Positions 1-10,209 of a stretch of 64,000 nt of DNA are shown piece after piece; position 1 is the first letter of the stretch; each line of letters opens with the position of its first letter. Where the stretch lies: positions 2,144,001 through 2,208,000 of the forward strand of contig OY729428.2 of assembly GCA_963422375.2 (NCBI GenBank). The letters are read 5' to 3'. The notes beneath the pieces were generated by a model. It saw nothing but the letters and a program-made list of their open reading frames with translations, was not told where the DNA came from and did not search any database. This DNA comes from Bryobacterales bacterium. Lineage in GTDB: Bacteria > Acidobacteriota > Terriglobia > Bryobacterales > UBA6623. Made by a program: the position numbers and the translations under genes.

Positions 1-675
1 CGCGTGACCTACGAGTCCGCTCAGGGACACGGCACGATCCAAGCCTATTTGGTGCGTCCGTCTTCCGCCTCTGGCAAGCTGCCGGGCGTGGTGGTGGTCC
101 ACGAGAACCGCGGCCTCAACCCGTACATCGAGGATGTGGCCCGTCGACTGGGCGCGGCTGGATACCTAGCCCTCGCACCGGACGGCCTTTCGCCGAAAGG
201 CGGCTACCCGGGCACGGACGACGAAGGTCGCAGGCTGCAGGCTGAGCTCGACCGCGACAAGCTCGTCGAGGATTTCGCGGCGGCCGTGGAGCACCTGCAG
301 GGGCATTCCGACTGCACTGGCAAGGTCGGCGCTGTGGGATTCTGTTTCGGCGGATTCGTCGTCAACGCCCTCGCGGTGCGGAACCAGGATCTAGCGGCCG
401 CAGTGCCTTTCTACGGGCGACAGCCTCCCGCTAGGGCGGTGCCCCGCGTCAAGGCACCCCTGCTCATCCACTACGCAGGACTCGATCAGCGCATCAATCA
501 AGGCTGGCCCGCGTACGAAGAGGCGCTCAAGGTGAACGGGAAAACCTACACTGCCCACACTTACGACGGGGTCAACCATGGGTTCCACAACGACACCACC
601 CCTCGCTACAACGAATCGGCCGCTAAGCTGGCCTGGCAGAGGACTGAGGATTTCTTCGCGCGACACCTGATGTGA
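1..675 (+). CDS. Dienelactone hydrolase family protein (5' truncated by window edge)
   Basis: Motifs VVHENRGLN, nucleophile GFCFGG and HGFHNDT; the frame is open from base 1. Confidence 0.9.
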   Translation, partial: RVTYESAQGHGTIQAYLVRPSSASGKLPGVVVVHENRGLNPYIEDVARRLGAAGYLALAPDGLSPKGGYPGTDDEGRRLQAELDRDKLVEDFAAAVEHLQGHSDCTGKVGAVGFCFGGFVVNALAVRNQDLAAAVPFYGRQPPARAVPRVKAPLLIHYAGLDQRINQGWPAYEEALKVNGKTYTAHTYDGVNHGFHNDTTPRYNESAAKLAWQRTEDFFARHLM

Positions 676-1145
676 CCGGCCGCCGGGCGTGATCGCGATG
701 GGCTCCGTCGTAGCGGGCTCCGTTTGGAGTGCGCCAATCGGGGGAGCGGCGGCGGGTCTCGACCACCCTGCTGGCACAGGGACAACGCCCCTCCATCGGC
801 TGGGGACAGTTCAGGCCAGCCCGCCCTCACGGAATGGGCAGATGCGTGTCGAGTCACGAGAACGGCAATCTTCCGAACCGGCTACCGGGGCGCCAAGACG
901 GAAAGCCGACGAATTAAGGGGATGGCAGGGCTAGGACGAGCGCCTGCTCTGAGAAACATCGGCTCTGTGTTTGGACTGGCGCTAACAGTCGGTTTCCTTG
1001 AAATCCAACGCAATTGATCGTGCAAGGTTCAGAGTTATCTATTCGCACTCCAAGCGAATGCTGATGCAACCAATCACTCTGTCACCACCAGCACAAGGCA
1101 TAGACAAACCAAGGAATCTCGCTACCGGGTCATAGAGAAATAGAT

Positions 1146-1327
1146 GAGAATTATCTATCTGAATGCCGAGGCAACCTATTTGGCAAATTATCAATCCATA
1201 ACTTAATTTGATATTTCTTCCGGATATCTGTTGACAGTCTGTAGAGTGTCTTGATAGAATAGTTCCAATATAGGAGGTCTTCGTTGAAGAAGGCGAAGCA
1301 GAAAGGTCCCGGGAAGTGGTTTCGTAA
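1146..1327 (+). mobile_element. Truncated left end of a diverged IS1595-family element (IR, promoter, first ~15 transposase codons)
   Basis: Begins gagaattatctatctgaatgccga (IR-like) and is colinear with the reverse complement of ~2685-2859. GGAGG then TTG at 1284 gives MKKAKQKGPGKWFRK versus MKKSGPGKWFRK of the neighbouring transposase. Confidence 0.8.
1231..1260 (+). promoter_or_regulatory. Sigma70-type promoter of the IS1595 remnant
   Basis: TTGACA-18 bp-TAGAAT; both hexamers are identical in the second IS copy although the spacer has diverged. Confidence 0.7.
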
Positions 1328-1749
1328 GGGAATTATATATCTGAGTGCCGACAACGCCATATCCGACTAGAACTGCTGTGAGCAGGGAGGTGGGTGTCGA
1401 GCTGGGGTCATGCGAGTGCGGCCGCGGCGGGCACAGAGGGGAGGGGTGTGGGATCGTATCTGAATCGAGCCTGCCAGCGGATTGGACGAGGAAGGGACTA
1501 GAGAGGCCGCCTCGCATGCCCCGGTTGCCCCGGGGGAACCCGGTTGGCGGTGGCAGGGCACCCCTTGCAAGCCGCTTGCAGGCCCTGCGAGGGCCGAAGA
1601 CAGCGGATCCCCGGCGCTCGACGGCCTGCATGGACGGTCCGGACCGGGGTCGCGCCGGGGCATGCCGCATCCGGTGCGCCCCTCGTACCGAGCGTGCAGC
1701 GCACCGAGCGTGAAGAGCGCGCCCGCAGCGGGCTGCCGCGCTCAGCGCG

Positions 1750-2721
1750 GCGGGCGCCGCTCGGGCCGCGACCGCGGCCTTGCCGGTCAGCGTCCGGCCG
1801 ACCAGGCCCCGCGCCATGCGCCGCATCCGTTCCGCCGTTGTTCCGCCCTGTCGCAGTCGCGGTCGTTGCGCCGTCCCGCGAACTCCGTGAGGTAGCGGCC
1901 GAGATGACGGACGCTCATCCGGTGATAGGTGCCGTACAGGCCGCGCTTGAACAGGGACCCAAACGATTCGATGCCGTTCGTATGCGCTGCCCCGCGCACG
2001 TACTCGCCGCCGGAGCGCCGGAGTGCCTGACGGCTTCGTGCGCGAACTCCGCCATGCCGGCGCAGGCCGCCGCCTCGTCGGAGCGGACCTGCGCCCCCGG
2101 CGCGACGCGGGCGCGCGCGAAGCCCTGCAGGTCGCCCTTGGCGGTGCCCGGCAGCGGCCGCGCGGCCGCTGCGTTCGTGGCGCGGTCCCGCGCCCCCGCC
2201 ACGGGCGTCTTGCCAACGGGCCCGCGCCCGGCGCGGGCCTTCTTCCTCTCGTGCTTGTTGCGCTCCTTGCCGCCGACGTAGGTCTCGTCCACCTCCACCG
2301 GGCCGGCGAACAGGCCCCGATCCCGCTCCCGGCACGCGCGGATGCGGTGCGCCAGGTGCCAGGCCGACTTTTGGCTGATGCCTAGGTCGCGGTGCAGCTT
2401 CATGCTCGAGACGCCCTTGATGCCGGTGGTCAGCAGGAACAGGGCCACGGCCCGGGTGCGGTAGCCGAGCTTGGTGTCGGCCGTCACGCTGCCGGTGCGC
2501 ACGGAAAAGCGCTTGCCGCAGCCGCGGCAACGGTACGGCATCGAAGGGTGGGCCGCGTCGGACTGCACGCTGGAGCCGCGGCAGCGGGGGCACGCGGGAC
2601 CGTCCGGCCAGCGCATGGAGGCGAACCACTTTTCCGCGGATTCGTCATCGGGAAACATGGCGATCACTTCGATCAATGTGATGCCTTTACGGAACCACTT
2701 TCCGGGACCTGATTTCTTCAT
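1750..2721 (-). pseudogene. IS1595-family DDE transposase, frameshifted twice
   Basis: Zn ribbon CPRC..CRGC, HTH SSMKLHRDLGISQKSAW, VEVDETYVGG and HTNGIESF. The C-terminus is split over three frames by duplications at 2008-2023 and 1829-1847. The 3' end is approximate. Confidence 0.85.
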
Positions 2722-2744
2722 TTACGGTATCCCCTACTGGAACT

Positions 2745-2774
2745 ATTCTACCAAGAAACACCACAGAATGTCAA
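2745..2774 (-). promoter_or_regulatory. Sigma70-type transposase promoter
   Basis: Minus-strand TTGACA-18 bp-TAGAAT, ending 23 bp upstream of the transposase ATG. Confidence 0.7.
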
Positions 2775-4055
2775 CGGAAAGTCGGAAGAAATATGAAATC
2801 TTATAATGGCTTAATAATTTGCCGGCTTGATTCCCTCGGAACTCAGATATATAATTCCCTATTTTAGCAGAGAAATAGTTACTCATTGGTCCGAAATCGA
2901 GTTTCCATATATCGGAAAGAAATGCCCAAGTAATTGCTATCAATTGTGCTCTCCTAGCCGAGTATTAGGCGACGAACACTCTCCAGAATCTGTGCCATTC
3001 AGGCCGGTGCCGACGTACGAGGGAGAGACCGTTCATCGCTCGACAGGGGGACTCGGCGATGGGCAAATCCACAAACTGAAGTCGACCCGCGAGAGGAGAG
3101 GGCCAGTGGATGAGAGCCGCTTGTAGTCGTGAACTCTCGCGTCGATCCGATCTCGGCTCGCAGCTGCCTCTGTCAGTGTAGCTGACGCTGGGGGTGTTAC
3201 GCGCTCGGCGTGAGGATCTGGGGCGGGCTGGGCCTGGGCGCGAATGGAGAGCAGGTCCGCCATCCTTGAGCGAAGAATGAACGGTCGGCCCTGCGGCCTG
3301 AACGTGTCAGAGTGCCCGGCCCGAGAGCGCGGCTGGGCCGGTCTCGGAATCGGCGGCTGCGTGATTTGGTTCGGCCGGGGACGGGCGGACGTACCCAAGC
3401 TCGACTCGGGCAACCGGCCCGGCGCAGCCATCCCATTCGGTCGTGCCACCCAGCTGGGAGAGCCTTGCTGCCGAGCCGCATCGGATGCTCCGGTTCTGCG
3501 CTCTGCGTTTACCGCCCGCTGGCGTGGGTGGCTCCAAGACGGAGGCCGGTTGGCGCACGGACACTCGTCTCGACTCGCCGGAGCTAAAGCCAAGATGGAA
3601 GCCGGTTGCCACCTCGGCCTTGGGGCAATGGCTACTCTGGGCCAAGGCTGACGGGCCCGGAGCTCGAGGCCACGCCCGTCCGAGACCTGGACCGGGGATG
3701 ACAGTAATGGTGGGGCACCGAGGCGAGAACCCGCCGAAGTCCAAGTTCCGCCGATGCAAATCGCCTCGCGTGCCGCCACCGTCTCTTGAGTCCGGCGAGG
3801 GCGCGCCGCTGTGCCTGCCTGCCCGAATGCCTGGGACAACAGCCCGCCCCCGCACCTGCTCTACCTTCGAGAGTGCGAATTGGCCTCGCTATCGCGCCAC
3901 GGCAGGGCGGGGATGGCAGGAAGTAGCATGTTGGTCGAGACCCGAGCCATGCCGGTTTCCGAGGGCGAAGGTCTGCGCGGAACGCGACAGGACCGGACTG
4001 AAGTGCGGCATCCCAGCGGCTCCTTCGGCTGCTAGACTTCAATGCAATCGGCACT

Positions 4056-7000
4056 ATGAGGTCAAGGGCACATTTCCCTATTCTGGCCGGCGCTCTCCTG
4101 TCGGTCACCCCCGCGCACGGAGCCGACGGAATCGGAACGGACCACTTCGAGAACCATGTCCGCCCGCTGCTGGCCGAGCAATGCTACGTGTGCCACAGCG
4201 GCCCCACGCCCCAGGCTGACCTGCGGGTGGATTCTCTTGCGGGCCTAGTCAAGGGCGGGAAGAGAGGCCCCGCCATCCAACCCGGAGATCCCGAAGGCAG
4301 CCTGATGCTTCAGATGGTTCGGAGCGCCGAGGGGCTTCGCATGCCGCCGACAGGCCGCCTGACCGAAGAGCAGATCGGTCACATGGAAGAGTGGATCCGG
4401 ATGGGAGCTCCTTTTCCGGAGGGCCCCTTGGAAGAGGCCGCTGCAATCGCGGAAAAGCATTGGGCCTTCGTCTCTCCTGCCCAGCCAGAGGCGCCTCGAT
4501 CGGCAAACGGCTGGGCCGACGGCGCGATCGACCGTTTCGTCGAGGAGCGCCTCCACCGAGAGCGGTTGCAGCCCTCCTCGCCCGCAGATCCAAGGACGCT
4601 GGTTCGACGAGTCCACTACGACCTCACAGGCCTGCCGCCGGACCCAGACGAATCCGATGCGTTCGCCGCCTCGCCCACGGAAGAGGCCTACGAGGAGATC
4701 GTCGATTCGCTGCTCTCCTCGGACCTATTCGGACAGCGGTGGGCCCGGCACTGGCTCGACCTAGTCCGCTATTCGGATGAGGGATTCCAGGCGCGCCCGT
4801 TCGCGATCGCGTGGCCGTATCGGGACTGGGTCGTAGACGCATTCAACTCCGACATCCCCTACGACCGGTTCGTCCGGCTGCAGCTCGCAGCCGATCTCAT
4901 GGGCGCGGACCGCGCACAGTTGCCTGCCTTGGGGATGCTTGCTCTCGGCATCAACCTTCCGCGCCCAACAGACGTACCGGAAAACGTCGACGACCGCATT
5001 GACGTCGTGACACGCGGCTTGCTGGGACTCTCGGTTGCATGCGCGCGATGCCACGACCACAAGTTCGACCCGATACCCCAGAAGGACTACTACGCGCTAT
5101 ACGGCGTTTTCCTGAATTCTCCGCCGACCCTGGAGCCCGTGCCGCTCGAGCAGCGCGGCAGGGGGACCCACGGCGAATTCTTCCGTGCGAAGCTCGCGGA
5201 GCGCCGGGCCTGGCTGGACAGGTTTCGTGAGGAGCGCCTCGCGGATCACGTGAGCGAGTTCCGCAAGCCGGAGACTCTTGCCCGGTACCTCGGCGCGGCA
5301 TGGGCCGCAGGCGATCTCGGCAATCGGGAGTTCGAGGCACTGGCGAAGGAGCGTAACCTCAACCACTACCTCCTGAATCGCTGGCGCACTTATCTGAACG
5401 GTCTTGTCGCGCCGTCCCTGCGGGCCTTTGCCGACCTGGACTCGCCGGGCGGCGCGGAGCGCGTGGCACAGGCCATGGCCCGAGCCGACAGCGTCTATCG
5501 CTGGCCCGACGCGGAGCGGGAGGCATTGCGACTCGCTCTTCGCGGCAACGGGTCACCGACCGACATCCCCCTCGAGGACTTCTGGTGGATTCAGAGCGAA
5601 GGCGATTCCAATGTCATGAAGGGCCTGAAGTGGCAATACGATGGCGCCATGCAGGACTGGAGCCACCGCGGCGGGCCGAAGCACGCAATGGTCGTCGGGG
5701 ACGCACGGAAGCTGCAGCCGGCGTACCTCTTCGTGAGAGGCAACCAGCACGACAAGGGGGACGAGGTCAGCCGTCGGTTTCTCTCGGCGCTGCCCGGACC
5801 CGGCGAGTTCCGGTCGGGCAGCGGCAGGCTGGAGCTGGCGACCGCCATCGCCAGCGAGCGCAATCCCCTGACCGCACGGGTCTTCGTCAACCGAGTCTGG
5901 GGACACCTGTTCGGAGAGGGACTGGTTCGCACGCCCAGCAATTTCGGCATGCGCGGCGATCCGCCATCGCATCCCGAGCTACTCGATCACCTAGCGAGCC
6001 AGTTCATGGCCGACGGCTGGTCCACCAAGCGCCTTGTCAAGCGCATCGTGCTGTCGAAGACCTATCGCCAGGACAGTGTGGACCGCGCCTCGGGCTTGGC
6101 GGCTGACCCGTCGAACCGGCTCCTGTGGCGCCAGAACCGCACGCGGCTGGACTTCGAGGCCATGCGCGACTCGATGCTCGCGGTGGCGGGTCGCTTGGAT
6201 ACGAACACAGGCGGGCCTCCTTTCGAGCTGGAAGCGATCCCGTCGTCTCCCAGGCGCACCCTCTATGCCTACGTATCCCGCGAGGAGCCGTCGGCCCTGA
6301 TGCGGATCTTCGATTTCTCCAACCCGGAAGAGCACACGCCGCGCCGCCAGCTGACGACTGTCCCGCAGCAGGCTTTGTTCCTCATGAATAGCTCGTTCCT
6401 TTCCGAGCAGGCCCGCGCGCTCGCGGCGAGCTGCGAGGCCAGCGAGGATTGCGTCAGCACGATCCACCGCAGGGTGCTCGGGCGTCTGCCGGAACCCAGC
6501 GCACGTCGAGCTGCTCTTGCCTTCATCGCCTCGCGCGCGGAAGGAGCGCCGCCCGGCACAACGGCGACCGAGCCGGACGGGCCCTGGCAGCACGGCACGG
6601 GCAAGCTCGATATAGAATCCGGCAAGCTGCTGGACTTTCGCCCGATGAAATATCACGCGGGCGACCGTGTCCAGCCGGCTCCGATGTTTCCGGCGCCTGA
6701 GTCCGGCAGGGCCAGCCTGACTCCACGCGGAGGGTCCCCGGGGGACGACACCGAGTGGACCGTGGTGCGCCGCTGGACGGCGCCGCGCTCCATGCGCATC
6801 GCCATCGAGGGCGCGCTGAACCATCCGATGGGTGACCAAGCGCTGCGCTTCGGGCATTCCAACGGCGTGCGCGGATGGATCATCTCCAGCGAACGCGGGG
6901 TGCTCTCCACGTGGAAGGTCTGGGGATACGAGGCGGATACGGGCATCCGCAATCTGAAAGTCGAGCGAGGCGAGCATTTCGACTTCGCGGTCGACGCCTT

Positions 7001-7202
7001 GGGGGACTATGAAGCCGACGGGTTTCGATGGTCGCCCGAGATCTCTGAGATCCTCGACGCCGAGCAGCGCCAAGCAGGCATGGAACCCCAGGCTTGGACC
7101 GCCGAAGAGGGATTCCCGGAGTACCGGGAAGAACCCCTGACGCCGCTCGAGCAGTACGCCCAGGTCCTCTTGATGACCAACGAGTTCTCCTTCAGGGACT
7201 GA
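4056..7202 (+). CDS. Planctomycete cytochrome c / DUF1549 / DUF1553 (PSD1) domain protein
   Basis: Signal peptide, CYVCH and CARCHDHKFDP heme motifs, WARHWLDLVRY, NPLTARVFVNRVW, TTVPQQALFLMN. Confidence 0.9.
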   Translation: MRSRAHFPILAGALLSVTPAHGADGIGTDHFENHVRPLLAEQCYVCHSGPTPQADLRVDSLAGLVKGGKRGPAIQPGDPEGSLMLQMVRSAEGLRMPPTGRLTEEQIGHMEEWIRMGAPFPEGPLEEAAAIAEKHWAFVSPAQPEAPRSANGWADGAIDRFVEERLHRERLQPSSPADPRTLVRRVHYDLTGLPPDPDESDAFAASPTEEAYEEIVDSLLSSDLFGQRWARHWLDLVRYSDEGFQARPFAIAWPYRDWVVDAFNSDIPYDRFVRLQLAADLMGADRAQLPALGMLALGINLPRPTDVPENVDDRIDVVTRGLLGLSVACARCHDHKFDPIPQKDYYALYGVFLNSPPTLEPVPLEQRGRGTHGEFFRAKLAERRAWLDRFREERLADHVSEFRKPETLARYLGAAWAAGDLGNREFEALAKERNLNHYLLNRWRTYLNGLVAPSLRAFADLDSPGGAERVAQAMARADSVYRWPDAEREALRLALRGNGSPTDIPLEDFWWIQSEGDSNVMKGLKWQYDGAMQDWSHRGGPKHAMVVGDARKLQPAYLFVRGNQHDKGDEVSRRFLSALPGPGEFRSGSGRLELATAIASERNPLTARVFVNRVWGHLFGEGLVRTPSNFGMRGDPPSHPELLDHLASQFMADGWSTKRLVKRIVLSKTYRQDSVDRASGLAADPSNRLLWRQNRTRLDFEAMRDSMLAVAGRLDTNTGGPPFELEAIPSSPRRTLYAYVSREEPSALMRIFDFSNPEEHTPRRQLTTVPQQALFLMNSSFLSEQARALAASCEASEDCVSTIHRRVLGRLPEPSARRAALAFIASRAEGAPPGTTATEPDGPWQHGTGKLDIESGKLLDFRPMKYHAGDRVQPAPMFPAPESGRASLTPRGGSPGDDTEWTVVRRWTAPRSMRIAIEGALNHPMGDQALRFGHSNGVRGWIISSERGVLSTWKVWGYEADTGIRNLKVERGEHFDFAVDALGDYEADGFRWSPEISEILDAEQRQAGMEPQAWTAEEGFPEYREEPLTPLEQYAQVLLMTNEFSFRD

Positions 7203-7212
7203 GCTGCTTGCA

Positions 7213-7232
7213 TGCCCGCAAGAGTGCGGGCA
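7213..7232 (+). terminator. Stem-loop downstream of the PSD1 gene (possible terminator or stabiliser)
   Basis: Perfect 8-bp stem tgcccgca-agag-tgcgggca, 10 bp after the stop; no U-tract. Confidence 0.4.
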
Positions 7233-7845
7233 GCAGGTCTCCCCGGGCGACGTCATACCACCAAGCGTCCTCGCACCGGTCCGTCCGGAAATATCCGCTG
7301 CGGGCAATAGATTTGGGCCGGATGGCACGTGGCTGTTCCGCCCGCACTTCGATCGTGCGCTGCCATTCCGCTTGCGACTGCAGGGAATTGACGCTTCCGC
7401 GACTGCGGCGGGCAAGGGATTCCCGGGAAGAATGCTGCCTTCGGTCCGGATCCCGATGGATCCCGCGCACCCGGTGCGCGCTCGGACGCCTTGCGGCACC
7501 CTCAGCCGGACGCAGCCAGCCTCGGAGCTGACAGCGGAGCTCCCTGGGGCAGCCCCGGAGCGGCGAAAGGCAACAAATTCTGCCGCGGTTGCGCCGGGAT
7601 TCGCAACTCGTTGCGGAATAACGGCGCTTGGGCGAATGCAGTGCCCGCGACCTCGGGATGCTCGAGACTCCTCCCCGGCCAAGGCCCGCCGGGATGCGCT
7701 CACCGACCCTGCATCCACCTCGAGCCCTGCATGCCTGGCGAGGCTCGGACCGCGGCCTGTCGCCCGAAGTCGGCACCGCAGAGGCCGCGGCGGCACAGGG
7801 ACCGGGCTCGCCGGGGGATTGATACGATGTAACCGGCACCGCACG

Positions 7846-10209
7846 ATGGCGAGACTGGTATGGCCTGCAGTTGCGCTGCTGTGGGCAAGCTCCGCGGCGC
7901 TGGCCGCCCCCGGAGCGCAAGCAAGCCAGGCCGATCCCCCGGAACCCTACCGCGCGGTCATCAGAGACTACTGCGTCTCTTGCCACGGCGCTTCGACGGC
8001 CACAGCCGGCCTTGACCTGGAGGGGCTTCTGCGGACGGACGTCCCGCATCAGGCGGAGGCTTGGGAAAAGGTCATTCGCAAGCTCCGCGGGCGGCAGATG
8101 CCGCCTCCCGGGCTGCCGAGGCCGGATAGCGCAGCCTACGAGACTGCCATTTCGAGCACTGCGGCCGCGCTGGACCGCCACGCCGAAGAAAATCCGAATC
8201 CGGGCCGGCCCGACACGTTTCGGCGGCTGAACCGGACCGAGTATCGCCACGCCGTCCGCGACCTGCTTGCCCTCGATGTGGAGGTCGCCACCCTCCTGCC
8301 CGCCGACGAGGCCAGCCACGGCTTCGACAACGTCACGGTCGGGGACCTGCCGCCGGTGCTCTTGGAGCGATACGTCGCGGCCGCCGAGAAAGTCAGCCGA
8401 CTCGCGGTCGGCCGGGCGGGGCGCGTGCCCGACGCCCGCACGGTCCGCGTCCCGCCGGACCTGACCCAGGAGAACCATATCGAGGGGCTCCCGCTCGGGA
8501 CCCGAGGCGGCACCTTGGTGCAGCACACCTTCCCCGAGGACGGCGAGTACGACATAACCCTCCGGCTGGCCCGCGACCGGAACGAGGACATCGAGGGCTT
8601 GAGTCGGCCGCACGAGCTGGAGGTTCTGGTAGACAGGGAGCGGGTCGCGCTGTTCGATGTCAAGCCTCCCCCGAAGGGCTCCGATCACCGCCTCGCGGAC
8701 CGTCACCTCACGGCCAGGGTCCGGGTCAAGGCCGGGCCTCGCCGGGTCGGCGCCACGTTCCTGAAGGACGCGAATCCGGTACCCGAAACGCAGCGGCAGC
8801 CGTACCAAGCGCGCTTCAACTTCTACCGGCATCCGCGCATCCAGCCCGCGATCTACTCGCTCACAATCATCGGGCCCCACGCCCGCGACGGCCCGGGGGA
8901 GACGCCGAGCCGACGGCGCATCTTCGCTTGCCGCCCGGCCGCCCCGTCCGACGAGGACGCTTGCGCGGAGAAGATCGTCCGCTCCCTGGCCACCTTGGCG
9001 TACCGCAGGCCCGCGACCGACGCCGACCTGGCCGGCCCCCTGCGGTTCTACCGCCAAGCCAAGTCCGAGGAGTCCGCAGGCGCCGGCTTCGAAGCCGGGA
9101 TCGAGCGCGCCCTGTCGGCGATCCTAGTCAGCCCTCGCTTCCTTTTCCGCATCGAACGGGATCCTGACGGCATCAAGCCGGACGCACCCTACCGCATCAG
9201 CGAGTACGAACTCGCTTCGCGCCTGGCCTTCTTCCTGTGGAGCAGCATCCCCGACGTCACGCTCCTGCAGGCGGCAGGCAACGGCGAATTGCGAACCTCC
9301 CGCGGACTGGACGCGCAAGTCCGCCGGATGCTGGCAGACGAGCGGTCGCATTCCCTAGTCGACAACTTCGCCACCCAGTGGCTTCACCTGCGCAATCTGG
9401 ACTCGATCCGGCCCGACATGCGCCTGTTCCCCGACTTCGACGACAACCTTCGCCGGTCGTTCCGCAAGGAGACGGAGCTGCTGCTGGCCAGCGTGATCCG
9501 AGAGGACCGCAGCGTGCTCGACCTGCTCCGAGCCGAATACACCTATTTGGACGGGCGGCTCGCCAAGCACTACGGCATTGGGAACGCGTACGGAAGCCGG
9601 TTCCGCCGGATCGCTCTCGGGCCGGACAGCAAGCGCGGGGGACTTCTGCGCCACGGCAGCGTGCTGACGGTCACCTCCTACCCGACCCGCACCTCGCCCG
9701 TGATCCGCGGCAAGTGGATCCTGGAGAACGTCCTCGGCATGCCCCCGCCGCCCCCGCCCGCAGACGTGCCCGAGCTGCAGGACAACACCGTATCGGGCGG
9801 GCTCTCGGTCCGCGAGAGGCTGGCCGAGCACCGCGCCAACCCGGCCTGCGCGAGCTGCCACGATCCCATGGATCCACTGGGTTTCGCGCTGGAGAACTTC
9901 GACGCCGTAGGCCGCTGGCGCGTCGCGGACGGAGGCGAGCCCATCGATCCTTCCGCCGTCCTGGCGGACGGCACGCGAGTCGCAGGCGTAGCAGGCCTGG
10001 AGGAGGCCCTGCTGGAGCGCCCCGAGCTGTTCGCCACGGCGCTGGCCGAGAAGCTGCTGACCTTCGCCCTGGGCAGGGGAGTGGAGCACTTCGACGCCCC
10101 GGCAATCCGGCGCGTCGTGCGAGACGCGAGCGATAGCGACTACCGGTTCTCCTCGCTTATCCTAGGAATCGCGAGAAGCACGCCGTTCCAGATGAGGAGA
10201 TCACGATGA
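7846..10209 (+). CDS. DUF1587/DUF1592/DUF1595/DUF1588/DUF1585 cytochrome-c domain protein
   Basis: Signal peptide from ATG 7846, CVSCH, RRLNRTEY, ELASRLAFFLWSSIPD, RTSPVIRGKW, CASCH. Confidence 0.9.
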   Translation: MARLVWPAVALLWASSAALAAPGAQASQADPPEPYRAVIRDYCVSCHGASTATAGLDLEGLLRTDVPHQAEAWEKVIRKLRGRQMPPPGLPRPDSAAYETAISSTAAALDRHAEENPNPGRPDTFRRLNRTEYRHAVRDLLALDVEVATLLPADEASHGFDNVTVGDLPPVLLERYVAAAEKVSRLAVGRAGRVPDARTVRVPPDLTQENHIEGLPLGTRGGTLVQHTFPEDGEYDITLRLARDRNEDIEGLSRPHELEVLVDRERVALFDVKPPPKGSDHRLADRHLTARVRVKAGPRRVGATFLKDANPVPETQRQPYQARFNFYRHPRIQPAIYSLTIIGPHARDGPGETPSRRRIFACRPAAPSDEDACAEKIVRSLATLAYRRPATDADLAGPLRFYRQAKSEESAGAGFEAGIERALSAILVSPRFLFRIERDPDGIKPDAPYRISEYELASRLAFFLWSSIPDVTLLQAAGNGELRTSRGLDAQVRRMLADERSHSLVDNFATQWLHLRNLDSIRPDMRLFPDFDDNLRRSFRKETELLLASVIREDRSVLDLLRAEYTYLDGRLAKHYGIGNAYGSRFRRIALGPDSKRGGLLRHGSVLTVTSYPTRTSPVIRGKWILENVLGMPPPPPPADVPELQDNTVSGGLSVRERLAEHRANPACASCHDPMDPLGFALENFDAVGRWRVADGGEPIDPSAVLADGTRVAGVAGLEEALLERPELFATALAEKLLTFALGRGVEHFDAPAIRRVVRDASDSDYRFSSLILGIARSTPFQMRRSR

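Larger units (their letters stand above)
1328..2859 (-). mobile_element. IS1595-family insertion sequence
   Basis: Terminal inverted repeats gggaattatatatctgagtgccga (1328-1351) and tcggaactcagatatataattccc (2836-2859) match at 23/24 positions and enclose an IS1595-type transposase. No target-site duplication is visible. Confidence 0.88.

Noticed and set aside
868..1190. The peptide NLPNRLP appears in two short ORFs (729..917 + and 1151..1360 -)
   Set aside because: The second lies antisense within an IS end, and the homologous IS end has stops there. A 7-aa match among many six-frame translations can arise by chance.
2860..4055. Several overlapping 130-270 aa ORFs and GC stems upstream of PSD1
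   Set aside because: The translations are Arg/Pro/Ala-rich with no motifs, and I recognised no riboswitch or ncRNA.
5991..9057. Long minus-strand ORFs (617 and 621 aa), and similar ones at 40065..42011 and 58359..60242
   Set aside because: These are antisense shadows of real high-GC genes.
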